Counted from the first letter of the stretch, positions 30,250 to 41,028 are shown. The stretch: 64,000 bases of DNA from Chthoniobacterales bacterium (GCA_038207335.1 JBBQZX010000027.1:19427-83426); one strand, 5' to 3'. The notes: generated by a model not told the origin, from the letters alone. Translations and numbers: made by a program.

Positions 30250-31098
30250 TTACTTCTTCCCGTAACCCGCCTTCGGCTTGCCGTTCGCGTCGAGTTTGTC
30301 GCACGCCCAGAGGATGCCGTTGGTCACGAGATCCAGATATTTCGGATCTTCGACGGTCGCGTTGTTGTGGCCGATCGTGGTGCTGAAGACGCGCGTGTGT
30401 TTCGCGCCGTATTCATTCGTCCAAGCGACGACGGTCTCGGTCGACTTCTCAGCGCCCGTCTTGTCTTTGGAAACTTGCGTGCCTTTCGCGAGCGCCTTGG
30501 CGGTGAGGATTTGGACGTTGTTGTAAAGCTCTTCGTTGATCGTCGTCCAGTCGGTCATGCCTTTCGTGATTGGGCTCTCCGTGTCTGTGAAGTGAATCGC
30601 AATCGGGAGTTGCGCGCCGTGGCCGGTGGATTGCAGGCCGAGATATTCGTACCAGTGCGAATTGTCCGCGCCGGGCTCGACTGGTTTACCGTAATTTCCG
30701 AACCGGTAGCAGTGCATTGCGCAGTGGAGATTCACGCCGGGGATGCCGTCTTCCCGGTGCGGCTTCAGCACGCCGGCGATGACTTCGGGATCGCTGATGT
30801 CGGCGGCGCATTCATCGTGAATCACGAGATCGTAGCCTTTCGCGTAGTCTGGATTTCCGTAGATGGGCAGCGGTGGCTTCGTGGACTTGTCGTCGGTGTG
30901 AATCTGATCGACGACGATATTTGCGCGCTCCTCAATCCCCTTCTTCAAGATGTCCTTTTGCTTCGGATAGTCGTGGCAGCAGCCGCCGGTGAGCAGCAGG
31001 ACCTTGAGGGGCTTCAGTTGGTCTTCGGCGGAAGCGCGGGGAGCGATCAACGCGAGAGAAAGTGCGAGCAGGGAAGGAAGCAGGAGGAGTTTTTTCAT
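30250..31098 (-). CDS. Exported ThuA-like (class I GATase-like) domain protein
   Basis: Signal peptide MKKLLLLPSLLALSLALIAPRASA; LLTGGCCHDY, EELY, RVFSTTIGHN. Confidence 0.85.
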   Translation of the reverse strand: MKKLLLLPSLLALSLALIAPRASAEDQLKPLKVLLLTGGCCHDYPKQKDILKKGIEERANIVVDQIHTDDKSTKPPLPIYGNPDYAKGYDLVIHDECAADISDPEVIAGVLKPHREDGIPGVNLHCAMHCYRFGNYGKPVEPGADNSHWYEYLGLQSTGHGAQLPIAIHFTDTESPITKGMTDWTTINEELYNNVQILTAKALAKGTQVSKDKTGAEKSTETVVAWTNEYGAKHTRVFSTTIGHNNATVEDPKYLDLVTNGILWACDKLDANGKPKAGYGKK

Positions 31099-31449
31099 GT
31101 GTGAGGTAAAGACGAATGCCGCACGGTTTGTTTGAGCGAAAGCCTCAAATTTCTCCCGGGACGAAACTCGGTCCGTCGATGGCTCTTCAGTGCCATTGAG
31201 AAATCGCAACTTTGAAGCAACCGCGCAGCCCCGGAAATCGTTTGAACACTGGGGCCGCGTGAGTGTCAGAGGATTCATTAACCAACTTGACTACATACGC
31301 CGGGTGATAATTTTTTTTGCTTGCAGCGCTGACCGGACGTGTGATTCAATGTAAATACATTTTCTCGGAACAAATCCCAACATTCCCACTCACATCATCG
31401 TTATCAGTTTTGCATGACAGTTGCTTGACAAAGAATTGAGAGGCACAAA

Positions 31450-32331
31450 ATGAACTACAAGTCCGGCGAAGATTCCGATACAGGGATCAAAATCTACCTC
31501 CGAGAAATCGGCCAAATTCCTCTGCTCACCATTGAGCAGGAGATTGATCTCGCGGCGAAAATCAAGCGTGGCGACAAAGAAGCGCGCTCGCTGATGATCC
31601 GCTCGAATTTGCGCCTCGTGGTCAAGATCGCGCACGACTACGCAAATTTGGGGATGCCGCTCCTGGACCTGATTTCCGAGGGAAATATCGGGCTGATGAA
31701 AGCGGTCGAGCGCTTCGACCCGGCGAAGGGCGGGAAACTGAGCACCTACGCGGCGTGGTGGATCAAACAGTCGATCAAGCGCTCGCTCGCGAACCAGAGC
31801 AAGACGATCCGCCTGCCCGTGCATCTCGTGGATAAGATTTCCAAGATGCGCCGCGTCGCGATGCAAATGAGCGAGGAACTCGGTCGCGAACCGACGGATG
31901 ACGAACTCGCAGAAGAGGTCGGACTTTCCGCGAGCAAAGTGACGCAGCTCAAGTCGGTGTCGGTGCGCCCGGCTTCGCTTGATGCGCCGCTCAGCGACGA
32001 CGACACGACGGCGTTTGGCGAGATTGTAGGCGATAGCGAAGCGCGGACGCCGTTCGAGCAATTAAGCGACCAAAACATGCGCGAGGAAGTCGGCGATTTG
32101 CTGAGCGTGCTCGATGATCGCGAGAAGAAAATCATCTACTCGCGCTTCGGGCTCGACGGCGGCAAGGCGAAGACGCTAGAGGAAGTCGGCAAGAAATTTG
32201 GCGTCACTCGGGAGCGCATCCGGCAGTTGCAGAATATCGCGCTCATCAAGCTGCGCCGCGCTTTGCAGAAAAAGGAGCGGCCCATCGAGCACCTGTTACC
32301 TCTGCTTGCGGAAGACGCTGGCGACGAGTAA
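31450..32331 (+). CDS. RpoD/RpoS-like sigma70 factor lacking region 1.1
   Basis: YLREIGQIPLL, NLRLVVKIA, DLISEGNIGLMKAVERFDP, STYAAWWIKQ, TLEEVG..VTRERIRQ. Confidence 0.93.
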   Translation: MNYKSGEDSDTGIKIYLREIGQIPLLTIEQEIDLAAKIKRGDKEARSLMIRSNLRLVVKIAHDYANLGMPLLDLISEGNIGLMKAVERFDPAKGGKLSTYAAWWIKQSIKRSLANQSKTIRLPVHLVDKISKMRRVAMQMSEELGREPTDDELAEEVGLSASKVTQLKSVSVRPASLDAPLSDDDTTAFGEIVGDSEARTPFEQLSDQNMREEVGDLLSVLDDREKKIIYSRFGLDGGKAKTLEEVGKKFGVTRERIRQLQNIALIKLRRALQKKERPIEHLLPLLAEDAGDE

Positions 32332-32393
32332 AACGCATCGAAATCAATCTTCAAGGGCGCGTCACGAAAGTGGCGCGCTCTTTTCGTGAAGGC

Positions 32394-33998
32394 CTATTCG
32401 GATGCCAAGAGGTCCGCCGGGGAGGGCCGATTTTCGCGGAGAAGATATCGGATTTCGTGCGGCGCGAGTTCGCGGTCTGCGATGAAAAGTTCATCGATGT
32501 CGCCGCGGAAAGATCTGCCGTTGCGCCCCGCAGCGGGAGCACGTCCGATCCAAAGTTCATTACCAGCTTGTGCGCCGTCCACGATTGCCCGGTGCCGCCC
32601 GCCTCCGCGAGTCGAGCCGCCTTCGAGTCTGCCATCGACGTAGCATTTGACCTGCATCCGTCCGTCTGCGTGTGCGCTTGCAGGTAGGACGACCGCGAGG
32701 TGATGCCACTGCCCATCGCGGAGCGAAGTAGTGCCGACGCGGGAATTGCGGCCGATGCCCGTGCTGACTGCACCGAGCGCGCCGAGAGTTGGGTCGGCGT
32801 TCCAACTGATCGTGGCGAGCCGCGCGCTTTTGCCGGGGAGTTGCCAGGCCAGCATTGCGCCCGCGTCGTCGAGCGAAGCCCCAGCCGGCACGCGTGTCCA
32901 GAATGCGATGGTGCGTGCAGCGCGCTTTCCGGGGCGGGGGAGGGGAGCAGTGGCGAAAGTCGCGCCATCGAGATGCAAAGCATTTCCGTGCAATCCGACG
33001 ATGTGCGCGGCAGCAGCCGCGGGTTCGAGCCGCGCGTCGAACGAGCCGCGCATTTTGTCGCTCAAATCGGCGCGAATCGCCGGGCCCTCCGCGTCATCGA
33101 AGCTCCAGTGGACATACTCCGGGGCGCGCGCAGCACGCTCGAATGAAACCTGCCTGGCGAGCCGCGCGAACTTCTGCTCGCGATCGCGAATGTCACTCCT
33201 GCCGCCGCGAGCGAAGCGCGAGGCCTGCTTTTCTCGAAGCGTAACCGGCGCGCTCAGCCGACCATTCGCATCGCTTGCCGATGCCTCCACGGCACCCTCG
33301 AGCACGAGCACTTCGGCGGCACCGTTCCCGTCCGCGATCATGCTGAATTCCGTGCCGAGATCGACGACCTCGACCGCGGGATTCTCGATGCGAAAACCCA
33401 CAGCTTCATGCGGCACTTTCGCCGTCAGCGTCCCGCGCTCGAGCACGGCGTCCCACGCGGAATTCAGCTCCAGCGACGCCGGCCCCTCCAGTTCGACACG
33501 CGCTCCGCAGTCGAACGTGATCTCCGCGAAGCCGCTTCGCAGCTTGATTTGCTGGCCACGGCGCAATGCGTCTCCGATGGCGAGCGCGGCTCCGTCCCAT
33601 TGGATATCCTTCCCGCCCGACAGCCGCGCGACCGACTCTTCCACTTCCGTTTCATTGTCCGCGAGTTCTTCGGAATGCTGTCGCCGAGCCGAATCGCCAA
33701 ACCAAATCGCGACCATGATTTCCGCCGCAGCCGCGAGCCCGGCGAGCGTCCACCACAGCGCCGCGGGCCGCTTTTTTAGCACGATGACGCGCGCATCCGG
33801 AGCCTCGGATTGCATCTCGCTTGCGTAGCTGAAAAGGCTCGCCGAAAGCGACATCGCGCGGACGTAAAAACGCCGGGCATCAGCAGAACTCGCGAGCATC
33901 TGCGCGAGACGCGCTCTCTGCGCGTCGGTGGCACGCCCATCCGCGAGAGCGCTGCACAGTTCGTTGAGTTCCAGAGTTTCGGAGTCAGTGAGATTCAC
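32394..33998 (-). CDS. FecR-like anti-sigma factor with C-terminal LamG/ConA-like domain
   Basis: N-terminal anti-sigma helices, one TM, VVDLGTEF FecR motif, LRDGQWHHLAV..YVDG..FRGDIDEL LamG motif. Confidence 0.85.
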   Translation of the reverse strand: MNLTDSETLELNELCSALADGRATDAQRARLAQMLASSADARRFYVRAMSLSASLFSYASEMQSEAPDARVIVLKKRPAALWWTLAGLAAAAEIMVAIWFGDSARRQHSEELADNETEVEESVARLSGGKDIQWDGAALAIGDALRRGQQIKLRSGFAEITFDCGARVELEGPASLELNSAWDAVLERGTLTAKVPHEAVGFRIENPAVEVVDLGTEFSMIADGNGAAEVLVLEGAVEASASDANGRLSAPVTLREKQASRFARGGRSDIRDREQKFARLARQVSFERAARAPEYVHWSFDDAEGPAIRADLSDKMRGSFDARLEPAAAAAHIVGLHGNALHLDGATFATAPLPRPGKRAARTIAFWTRVPAGASLDDAGAMLAWQLPGKSARLATISWNADPTLGALGAVSTGIGRNSRVGTTSLRDGQWHHLAVVLPASAHADGRMQVKCYVDGRLEGGSTRGGGRHRAIVDGAQAGNELWIGRAPAAGRNGRSFRGDIDELFIADRELAPHEIRYLLRENRPSPADLLASE

Positions 33999-34540
33999 AC
34001 ATTTCCCTCGGTGGCGAGTTGGTTGCTCACACAGTCGAGCAGCAGTTTGCGCAGCCGCGTGAGCGCTTTGTAGGCGGCCTCCAGCGTGCGCCCAGAGCGG
34101 CGCGCCGCGTCATCCACGCTGCTCCCCGGCTCGTATCTCGTGAGCACGAGTTCGCGGTCGCGCGGAGCGAGCTTTTTGAGACACTCGGCGAGTGCTTCAT
34201 GGCGTGCGCCGGTTTCCTCAGCCATCTCGGAAGCGGTTTGCGCGAGCGCATCGACGACTTCCTGATCGAAGATCACTTTTGCCCGCGCAAATTTCTGCCG
34301 CGCCGCGCGCACCTGCCAATATGCGATCTGGCAGGCCCACGCGGCGAAGTCCGTCCCGATCGTGAATGCGTCGAATTTTTCGCACACGACGAGGCTGGTC
34401 TGTTGCAGGAGGTCTTCCGCATCGTGCCGGTCCGGCACGAGCGTATAGATGTAGGAGAAAATCCGCCGCTGGTGCTGCGTCATCAGCAGCATCAGATGCT
34501 GCGCGCGGGAAAGATCACCCGCGGCGGATTCATCCTGCAT
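33995..34540 (-). CDS. ECF sigma factor (Rhodopirellula/Verrucomicrobium type)
   Basis: HQRRIFSYIYTLVP..DAEDLLQ, FAAWACQIAY, YKALTRLRKLL; overlaps the anti-sigma start. Confidence 0.9.
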   Translation of the reverse strand: MQDESAAGDLSRAQHLMLLMTQHQRRIFSYIYTLVPDRHDAEDLLQQTSLVVCEKFDAFTIGTDFAAWACQIAYWQVRAARQKFARAKVIFDQEVVDALAQTASEMAEETGARHEALAECLKKLAPRDRELVLTRYEPGSSVDDAARRSGRTLEAAYKALTRLRKLLLDCVSNQLATEGNV

Positions 34541-34558
34541 CGGTATCGTGAACGCGGC

Positions 34559-34921
34559 TTAGGCGTTCTTCTTTTGCTTCGCGCCTTTCGCTTTGCCCTT
34601 CGCCGCGCCCTTGCCGCCTTTGGCATGGACTTTCAGCGCGTCGATTTCCGAGTCGTCGAGCTTGCCATTGCTGTTCGAGTCGAGCGATTTCATCGTGGCG
34701 GACTTGTCGGTCTCGAACGCTTTCCGCAATGCGTCTTTTTCGTCGCCGTCGATTTTTCCATCCGAGTTTTTGTCGTATTCGCGGATGATTTTGGCTTTCT
34801 CGCGACGCTCGGTTTTGTCGCCCTTGCCCGCTTTCTTCGCGCCTTTGGCAGCGAGGGCGGAGGTGGGCAGCGCGAGGCCGAGTGCGCAAAGAACGAGTGT
34901 GAGGATCGGGAGTTTTTTCAT
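34559..34921 (-). CDS. Exported EF-hand protein with Lys-rich tails
   Basis: Signal peptide; DKNSDGKIDGDE and DSNSNGKLDDSE EF-hand loops. Confidence 0.85.
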   Translation of the reverse strand: MKKLPILTLVLCALGLALPTSALAAKGAKKAGKGDKTERREKAKIIREYDKNSDGKIDGDEKDALRKAFETDKSATMKSLDSNSNGKLDDSEIDALKVHAKGGKGAAKGKAKGAKQKKNA

Positions 34922-35141
34922 GTTTTGGAGTTTTTGAGTTTGGCTTGTGTGTGTACCGCTCGTGGCGAAACCGCAGAGCGGAAGAAAGTTTCCTTTCTCG
35001 CAAACGTAACAGCGCGCCGTTCGCAGATTAGGACAACGACTTCGCATTTATTTTCATCGAGAAAGGCGAGGCGCGGGCATTGTCACACGCGATTTTCCGT
35101 GGTGAGATCAGCTCCTTTTTCCAACCCATACCCCACATAAA

Positions 35142-36293
35142 ATGAGCGACAAGAAATCACTAAACATCGGCATCGTCGGATACGGATTCATGGGCCGCAC
35201 CCACGCGAACGGCTTCCGGCGCGTGAGCAATTTTTTCGACCTGCCGATCAAGCCCGTGCTGAAGGCTGCGTGCGGACGCGATGAGGCGAAGCTGAAAAGC
35301 TACGCGGAAAAATGGGGCTGGGAGACGACTGAAACCGATTGGCGCAAACTCATCGACCGCGCGGACATCGATATCATCGACATCTGCACGCCAAATGATT
35401 CGCACGCCGAAATCGCAATCGCCGCGGCGCGCGCGGGCAAGATGGTGATGTGCGAAAAGCCGCTCTCGCTAGACGGTCCGCAGGGCGAGGAAATGGTGCG
35501 CGAAATCGAGAAGGCGGGCGTCGCGAATATGGTCTGGTACAACTATCGACGCGTGCCGGCGGTGACGCTCGCAAAGCAGATCATCGACTCCGGGAAGCTC
35601 GGGAAAATCTTCCACTATCGAGCGAAATTTCTGCAGGACTGGACGATCAATGCCGATATCCCGCAAGGCGGCGCAGGGCTGTGGCGGCTCGACGCGGCGG
35701 CAGCCGGGAGCGGCGTGACGGGCGACCTGCTCGCGCACTGCATCGACACCGCGCTTTGGCTGAATGGCGGCATCGAGACGGTCAGCGCGATGACCGAGAC
35801 TTTCGTGAAAGAGAGAAAACACACGGCGACCGGCGAGATGCAAAAAGTCGGCATCGACGACGCGTGCGCGTTCCTCGCGCGATTTGGAAATGGCTCGCTC
35901 GCGACGTTTGAATCGACGCGGTATGCGCGCGGGCACAAGGCGCTCTACACATTTGAGATCAATGGTGAGAACGCCTCGATCGCGTGGGATTTACACGACC
36001 TGCACCGGCTCCAATTTTTCGACTACAAAGATGAGGGGCAGCTCCGCGGCTGGCGATCGATCCACGTCACCGATCCGGATCATCCGTACATGGGAAATTG
36101 GTGGGTGCCTGGTTTGCAGATCGGCTACGAGCACACGTTCGTGCATCAGGTCGCCGATTTTCTGAGCGGAGTAGCAGAAGGAAAACCGGCCGCGCCGACG
36201 TTCCGCGACGCGCTCGAAACGCAATACGTTTGCGACGCCGTCCTCGCTTCGGCGAAAAGCGGTCAGTGGACTCCCGTGGCCAAGCTCGACTGA
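35142..36293 (+). CDS. Gfo/Idh/MocA family oxidoreductase
   Basis: [28 protein letters not shown]. Confidence 0.92.
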   Translation: MSDKKSLNIGIVGYGFMGRTHANGFRRVSNFFDLPIKPVLKAACGRDEAKLKSYAEKWGWETTETDWRKLIDRADIDIIDICTPNDSHAEIAIAAARAGKMVMCEKPLSLDGPQGEEMVREIEKAGVANMVWYNYRRVPAVTLAKQIIDSGKLGKIFHYRAKFLQDWTINADIPQGGAGLWRLDAAAAGSGVTGDLLAHCIDTALWLNGGIETVSAMTETFVKERKHTATGEMQKVGIDDACAFLARFGNGSLATFESTRYARGHKALYTFEINGENASIAWDLHDLHRLQFFDYKDEGQLRGWRSIHVTDPDHPYMGNWWVPGLQIGYEHTFVHQVADFLSGVAEGKPAAPTFRDALETQYVCDAVLASAKSGQWTPVAKLD

Positions 36294-36408
36294 TTCGCTC
36301 GCGCTGACGGTCGATTTTGAGCGCTGTTTCGGCTGCGCTTTTTCGTCCCGCGATTCGAGAAAATCTCGACTCTCGACAGCGCCGCCCGCGTCTCCTATTT
36401 CGCGCATC

Positions 36409-38337
36409 ATGCAGCAGCCTTGGGACATCCCCGCAGCCATCTCACTTTACAACATCGACCGGTGGGGCCTCGGCTACTTCTCGATCAATGAGCTCGGAAA
36501 CATCCAGGTGTTTCCAACGCAAAACGTCGCGACGCCGATCGACATCATGGATGTCGTGGCCGAGGCGCGGAGCGAATACGGGCTCGGATTTCCGATGGTT
36601 TTGCGTTTTCAGGATTTGCTGCGAAATCGTGTGGAGACGATCAACAAGGCGTTCACGTCCGCGATCGAGGAAGCCAGTTACAAGAACGTCTATCGCGGCG
36701 TTTTTCCGATCAAAGTGAACCAACTTCGCGAGGTCGTGGAGGAGATCATGGACGCGGGCACGCCGTTTCATTTCGGCATCGAGGCGGGGAGCAAGCCCGA
36801 GTTGCTCGCGGCGCTCGCGATTCACAAAGACCCGGAGTCGCTGATCATCTGCAACGGCTATAAAGACGCGCTTTTCATCCAAAATGCACTGCTCGGCGTG
36901 CGGCTCGGAAAGCGCGTGATTTTGGTCGTCGAGAAGCTCGAGGAGCTGTCGCAAATCCTGGCGGTTTCGAAGGAAGTCGGTGTCGAGCCGATCATAGGCG
37001 TGCGCGTGCGGCTCGCGTCCAAGGGCTCTGGCAAATGGGCGACGAGCGGCGGTGAAAATGCGAAGTTTGGGCTGAGCACGGCGGACCTCGTTGCGGCGAG
37101 CACGACGCTGAAAGCCGCGGGGCTCGCGCATTGCCTGAAGCTCGTGCATTTCCACGTCGGCTCGCAAGTGCCCGACATCGGCACGATCAAGCGCGCGGTG
37201 CGCGAGGCGGCGCGATTTTACACGAAGATCGCGAAGATGGGGCACGCGCTCGAATACCTCGATTGCGGCGGCGGGCTCGGCGTCGATTACGATGGCTCGC
37301 GGACGGCGTTCGAGAGCTCGACGAATTACACGCTGCAGGAATACGCGCGCGATCTCGTCTGGAATATCATGGACGTGTGCGACTCGGAAAAAGTCGCGCA
37401 CCCGACGATCGTGACCGAGAGCGGACGCGCGATCGTGGCGCATCATTCCATCCTCATCGTCGAGGCATTTGGCTCGATCGAAAAGGACCGTCCGGCGATT
37501 GCGGTCGAGCCGAGCAAGACCGATCCAAAGTTGCTCGCGGACATTCTCGACATTCAAAAAAATCTGTCGCGGCAGAACCGGATGGAAGGCTTGCACGACG
37601 CGCAGCAGATCAAGGAGCAGGCGCAGAGCATGTTCGACCTCGGGCTGCTCGAACTCGAAAGCAAGGCGAAGATCGAGACGACTTACTGGCAGATCGCGGC
37701 TGAGATCGTGAGCTTTTGCGCGGGGATGAAATACATCCCGGAGGAAGTGAAGGATCTCGAGACAGCGCTCAGCGACCAGTACGTTTGCAACTTTTCCGTG
37801 TTTCAGAGTCTGCTCGATCATTGGGCGCTCGGGCAGCTCTTCCCGGTCATGCCGATTCACCGGCTCACGGAGTTCCCCGAACGCAATGCGACGCTCGTCG
37901 ATATCACCTGCGACTCGGATGGAAAGGTGAGCAAATTCATCGACCTGAACGACGTGCGCGAGACGTTGCCGCTGCACAAGCTGAAGCCTGGAGAACCTTA
38001 CTACGTGGGCTTCTTCATCATGGGCGCGTACCAGGACATCATGGGCGATTTGCACAATTTGTTCGGCCGCGTGAATGAGGCGCACGTTTTCCTCGACGAG
38101 GACGAAGAGAGCGGCTGGTATATCGAAGAGACGATCGAGGGGAGCACGATCGGCGAGGTTCTGACGCTGACTCAGTGGGACAAAAAAGAACTCACCCGGC
38201 AGGTGAAAGTGCAAGTCGATGCAGCGATAAAAGGAAATCGCTTGAAGCCGAACGAAGCGATGAAGCTTCTGGCAAACTACGAGCGTGGCCTGAACGGCTA
38301 CACCTACCTGACCTTTAACGGCGCAGTGGCGAAGTAA
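36409..38337 (+). CDS. speA: Biosynthetic arginine decarboxylase
   Basis: FPIKVNQ, EAGSKPEL, HFHVGSQ, GGGLGVDYDG, DITCDSDG, GAYQDIMGDLHNLFG. Confidence 0.96.
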   Translation: MQQPWDIPAAISLYNIDRWGLGYFSINELGNIQVFPTQNVATPIDIMDVVAEARSEYGLGFPMVLRFQDLLRNRVETINKAFTSAIEEASYKNVYRGVFPIKVNQLREVVEEIMDAGTPFHFGIEAGSKPELLAALAIHKDPESLIICNGYKDALFIQNALLGVRLGKRVILVVEKLEELSQILAVSKEVGVEPIIGVRVRLASKGSGKWATSGGENAKFGLSTADLVAASTTLKAAGLAHCLKLVHFHVGSQVPDIGTIKRAVREAARFYTKIAKMGHALEYLDCGGGLGVDYDGSRTAFESSTNYTLQEYARDLVWNIMDVCDSEKVAHPTIVTESGRAIVAHHSILIVEAFGSIEKDRPAIAVEPSKTDPKLLADILDIQKNLSRQNRMEGLHDAQQIKEQAQSMFDLGLLELESKAKIETTYWQIAAEIVSFCAGMKYIPEEVKDLETALSDQYVCNFSVFQSLLDHWALGQLFPVMPIHRLTEFPERNATLVDITCDSDGKVSKFIDLNDVRETLPLHKLKPGEPYYVGFFIMGAYQDIMGDLHNLFGRVNEAHVFLDEDEESGWYIEETIEGSTIGEVLTLTQWDKKELTRQVKVQVDAAIKGNRLKPNEAMKLLANYERGLNGYTYLTFNGAVAK

Positions 38338-38360
38338 GATTTGAGGTGGCGATCTGAAAG

Positions 38361-38396
38361 GCCCACGGCGGTTGTAAACCGCCGCTCCGAGTGGGC
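38361..38396. terminator. Hairpin between convergent speA and gamma-CA genes (REP-like or bidirectional terminator)
   Basis: GCCCAC-GGCGGTT-GTA-AACCGCC...GTGGGC. Confidence 0.55.
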
Positions 38397-38398
38397 GC

Positions 38399-38965
38399 TT
38401 AGCCTTGAGGCGATTGGCAGAAACGCGGGTGCGGCGTTGACGGATGGCGCTCGCGGAAGGTGCGTGAGAGGAGGACGTATTTTTCCGCCCACGCTTTGAT
38501 GCCGGATTGCTCCTCGAGCGTCAGCGTTCGCACGATTTTCGCGGGCGAGCCGAGGATGAGCGAGCCGGGTGGAAATTTCCTGCCGCCAGTGACGAGCGCG
38601 CCCGCGCCGATGATCGAGCGCGCGCCGATTTCCGCGCCATCGAGAACGATCGCGCCCATGCCCACAAGCACTTCATCGGCGATAGTGCAGGCGTGCAGGA
38701 TCGCTTTGTGGCCGACGGTGACGAGTTCGCCGACGAGCGTGGGAAAATCGTCCGCGAGGTGAACGACCGAGCCGTCTTGGATGTTCGAGCGTGGGCCAAT
38801 GACGATGCGATTGATGTCGGCGCGGAGGACAGTTTGAAACCAAACGCTCGACTCTTCGCCGAGCGTGACGTCGCCGATGAGCGTCGCATTTTCCGCAATG
38901 AAAGCGGTCGCATGAACCCGTGGTTTGACCGCCAGAAATCGCTGCATTCGCTCGTCGAAAGTCAT
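38399..38965 (-). CDS. Gamma-carbonic-anhydrase family (hexapeptide repeat) protein
   Basis: LRADIN, NIQDGSVVH, VGHKAILHAC metal-binding His residues. Confidence 0.9.
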   Translation of the reverse strand: MTFDERMQRFLAVKPRVHATAFIAENATLIGDVTLGEESSVWFQTVLRADINRIVIGPRSNIQDGSVVHLADDFPTLVGELVTVGHKAILHACTIADEVLVGMGAIVLDGAEIGARSIIGAGALVTGGRKFPPGSLILGSPAKIVRTLTLEEQSGIKAWAEKYVLLSRTFRERHPSTPHPRFCQSPQG

Positions 38966-39149
38966 GATTCAAACTGGCGGCATGGCGATCCGCGATCAAC
39001 CGGGAAAGCTGTGTGGCAAAGGCTTTGGGCCGAATTAAAAGATTTGAAGAATTTGTTGACTAACATTTTCCTCAGTGCCAGAACTCCGACTGCGCTGCGG
39101 CGAAAGTCGTCGCTGACAATCAACCCCTCAAAACTAAACATCCTCCGAA

Positions 39150-39431
39150 ATGAATAAGGCAGAACTCGTCGCCGCAGTCCAAAAGACCCTCGGCAAAGAC
39201 ACCAGCAAAGCGCAAGCGGAACGCGCTGTGGAAGCAGTCGTAGATGGCATCAAAGGTGGCCTCAAAAAAGGCAAGGCAGTGCAACTCGTCGGCTTCGGCA
39301 CTTTCAAAGTGGCGTCACGCAAAGCCCGCATGGGCATCAACCCGAAGTCGGGTGAGAAGATCAAAATCAAGGCTTCAAAGAGTGTGAAATTTTCCGCCGG
39401 CAAGGACCTCAAGTCCAAACTCGGCAAGTAG
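39150..39431 (+). CDS. hup: DNA-binding protein HU
   Basis: MNKAELV, VQLVGFGTF, RMGINPKSGE. Confidence 0.95.
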   Translation: MNKAELVAAVQKTLGKDTSKAQAERAVEAVVDGIKGGLKKGKAVQLVGFGTFKVASRKARMGINPKSGEKIKIKASKSVKFSAGKDLKSKLGK

Positions 39432-39454
39432 AGGATTTCCCCCTCGAAACCCCT

Positions 39455-39493
39455 GAGAAACCCCGTTTCGCGGAGCGAAACGGGGTTTCTCTT
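39455..39493 (+). terminator. Rho-independent terminator after hup
   Basis: Perfect 17-bp stem GAGAAACCCCGTTTCGC / GCGAAACGGGGTTTCTC with a GGA loop. Confidence 0.8.
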
Positions 39494-39595
39494 GTACCGA
39501 TTCGGATACTGTTTCGCTTAGCGCCTTTGCGACTTTGCGGGCAAAAAAGCCGATCGCGAGTTTGTAGTTTTGCCCGTTTCCGAACTCTGGCGCGG

Positions 39596-39604
39596 TGATA
39601 CGAT
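39596..39604 (+). promoter_or_regulatory. Extended -10 box for a probable leaderless transcript
   Basis: TGATACGAT (TGnTAnnnT) ends 6 nt before ATG 39611; no SD sequence. Confidence 0.45.
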
Positions 39605-39610
39605 CCGCGC

Positions 39611-40891
39611 ATGTTTCCCCGACTCTTCCCAACGCTCGCCATTTGCATGATTGCCGCAAACCTTTTGGCAGAGCCATTTCCCGAGCCTTCGCAGCTCCCC
39701 GCTCAAGCGGGTTTGCCGGAACCGCTGATGATGAGCGATGGCACCCGAGTTGAGTCGAAGGATCAATGGTTTTCAAAACGTGCTCCGGAATTGCGCGCTC
39801 TCTTCCAGCGATATGAGTACGGGGTGATGCCGGCGAAGCCGGAGGGCTTTGATGCGAAGATTGTGCGTACCGATTCGCAGGCGCTCGATGGAAAGGCGAC
39901 GCTGAAGGAAATCCTGGTTCACTGTACGAGCCCGGACGCGACTGTGCATCTACTCGTGATCGTGCCGAATGAGCGGCAAAAGCCCGCGGCTTGTTTTCTC
40001 GGGATGAATTTCAACGGCAATCACGCGCTGCTCGCCGACCCGAAAATCCACCTGCCGGAAGGCTGGGTGCGCGACGGTGATGAGCGCGCGCACGACGACG
40101 GACGCGGAAAGGAAATCGCGAATTGGAGCATCGCGCAGACGATCGCGCGCGGATACGCATTCGCCTCGTTCTACAGTGGCGATGTCGTGCCGGATAAGGC
40201 GGTGCTCGCGGTCGAACGTCTCAAAAACTTTGTGGTGCAGGGAAAATCCGCAGAGGACGTGAATGCACCCGCGACGATCGCCTGCTGGGCGTGGGGCTTC
40301 TCACGGATGATCGACTATCTCGTCACGGACAGGGACATCGACCCGAAACGCATCGCGGTCGTAGGGCATTCGCGCAATGGCAAGACCGCGCTGCTCGCAG
40401 GAGCAATGGACGAGCGGGTCGCGCTCACGATTCCGAGCCAGGCGGGCTGCGGTGGCAGCGCGCCGTGCCGACTTTCGCAGAAAATGGCTGCGCTGCACAC
40501 CGATGGACGCCCGATCGCGGAGACCGTGGCGGTCATCAACGAACACTTTCCACATTGGTTCTGCGGAAACTTCACGGCATTCGGAGCAGCCGTGGAGAAG
40601 CTACCTTTCGACCAGCACGAGCTCATCGCGCTGTGCGCACCGCGACCTGTTTTGCTTTCCTGCGCGACTGCCGATCAGTGGGCGAATCCCAGCGGCCAAT
40701 TTGAGATGCTGCGAGCCGCCGACCCTGTCTATCGGCTCGTCTCCGGCGAGGGCTGCGATGCGACCGAGATGCCTGATCCCGGTAAACTTGTCGCCAGTCG
40801 GCTCGGCTATTTCATCCGCCCCGGCAAGCACTCGATGACCGCCGAGGATTGGAGCGCGTGGCTCGACTATGCCGACAAATGGCTGAAGTGA
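39611..40891 (+). CDS. CE15-family glucuronoyl esterase-like alpha/beta hydrolase
   Basis: Signal peptide; WAWGFSRMIDYL, GHSRNGKTALLAG nucleophile motif, LPFDQHEL. Confidence 0.88.
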   Translation: MFPRLFPTLAICMIAANLLAEPFPEPSQLPAQAGLPEPLMMSDGTRVESKDQWFSKRAPELRALFQRYEYGVMPAKPEGFDAKIVRTDSQALDGKATLKEILVHCTSPDATVHLLVIVPNERQKPAACFLGMNFNGNHALLADPKIHLPEGWVRDGDERAHDDGRGKEIANWSIAQTIARGYAFASFYSGDVVPDKAVLAVERLKNFVVQGKSAEDVNAPATIACWAWGFSRMIDYLVTDRDIDPKRIAVVGHSRNGKTALLAGAMDERVALTIPSQAGCGGSAPCRLSQKMAALHTDGRPIAETVAVINEHFPHWFCGNFTAFGAAVEKLPFDQHELIALCAPRPVLLSCATADQWANPSGQFEMLRAADPVYRLVSGEGCDATEMPDPGKLVASRLGYFIRPGKHSMTAEDWSAWLDYADKWLK

Positions 40892-41028
40892 GGCTACCGA
40901 CGGGCAAACTGCGCGTAACTGAGCGCGGCCGGATTTTTAGCAGGAAACAAGAAAACAGGAAAGTGGAGTGACGTGCCTCTCCCCCCATTTTCCTGCCTCA
41001 TCCCCGGGAGAGATCGCCTGCCCGCGGG

